Below are positions 63,686 to 64,000 of a stretch of 64,000 nucleotides of DNA, one piece after another. The notes under the pieces were generated by a model that did no database searches, was not told the origin of the DNA, and worked only from the letters and a program-made list of their open reading frames with translations. Every line of letters starts with the position of its first letter. Within the stretch, counting starts at the first letter, position 1. Made by a program: the position numbers and the translations under genes. The stretch covers positions 1 through 64,000 of the forward strand of contig JBEUKZ010000060.1 in the NCBI GenBank assembly GCA_048128005.1, written 5' to 3'. The DNA is from Veleropilina oligotropha (lineage: Eukaryota).

Positions 63686-64000
63686 AACAAGAGTGCCAGG
63701 TCACAATATACGCCCGTCCCAATGTTCTATTGAAGTCACGAGCAAATTGTTTGCAAAATAATGAAACATTTTCGCATGAACAAATGTGATGAATGATGGA
63801 TGAAATTTGCTGAGTCGTCAATCAGACTCTGTAGAAAGTCAATTTTGCATAATTTACATAATTCAAGAGCCATATTACATGATAATTTGAACCCCAACCA
63901 ATTGACCAGAGTGACATTAGACACTGAATACAGTCTGCTCTTGTATAATGGCAACATATACTGCCATTTCAAGATACCATTGGACTTAACCAATGTGAAT
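63686..64000 (-). mobile_element. 3' end of the HINE family of 52698-55298 (inverted, runs off the window)
   Basis: Reverse complement of ~54992-55298. Confidence 0.8.

Overview
AT-rich, intron-containing animal DNA. The repeat content resembles marine invertebrate genomes; the species cannot be determined. Only one clear host gene is present: a 6-exon METTL24-like (Methyltransf_22/FkbM-type) methyltransferase on the + strand, 33372-59756, about 317 aa. Almost everything else is nested mobile DNA: a spliced Kolobok-type transposase, a broken hAT, a TTAA-flanked Kolobok-like shell, a PHD-FLYWCH-MULE element with a 9-bp TSD, a Crypton (tyrosine recombinase/DUF3504) with several hairpin-ended non-autonomous relatives, Harbinger derivatives, a Helitron, many Helentron-type (HINE) elements with ~150-bp tandem arrays, CR1/L2-group LINE fragments and SINEs. 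The most striking feature is a ~4-kb, visibly GC-rich, intronless island (~5803-9820) that looks like one end of an endogenous Polinton/adintovirus. It holds a truncated conserved ORF, a penton-like gene split at a C11 run, an orphan ORF, a GasderminX-like membrane protein with tandem PSAP and LYPxL (ESCRT late-domain-like) motifs, a secreted 8-Cys protein with a cystine-knot cytokine-like layout, and a palindrome-rich non-coding end. All family assignments come from motif recognition by eye, not database searches.
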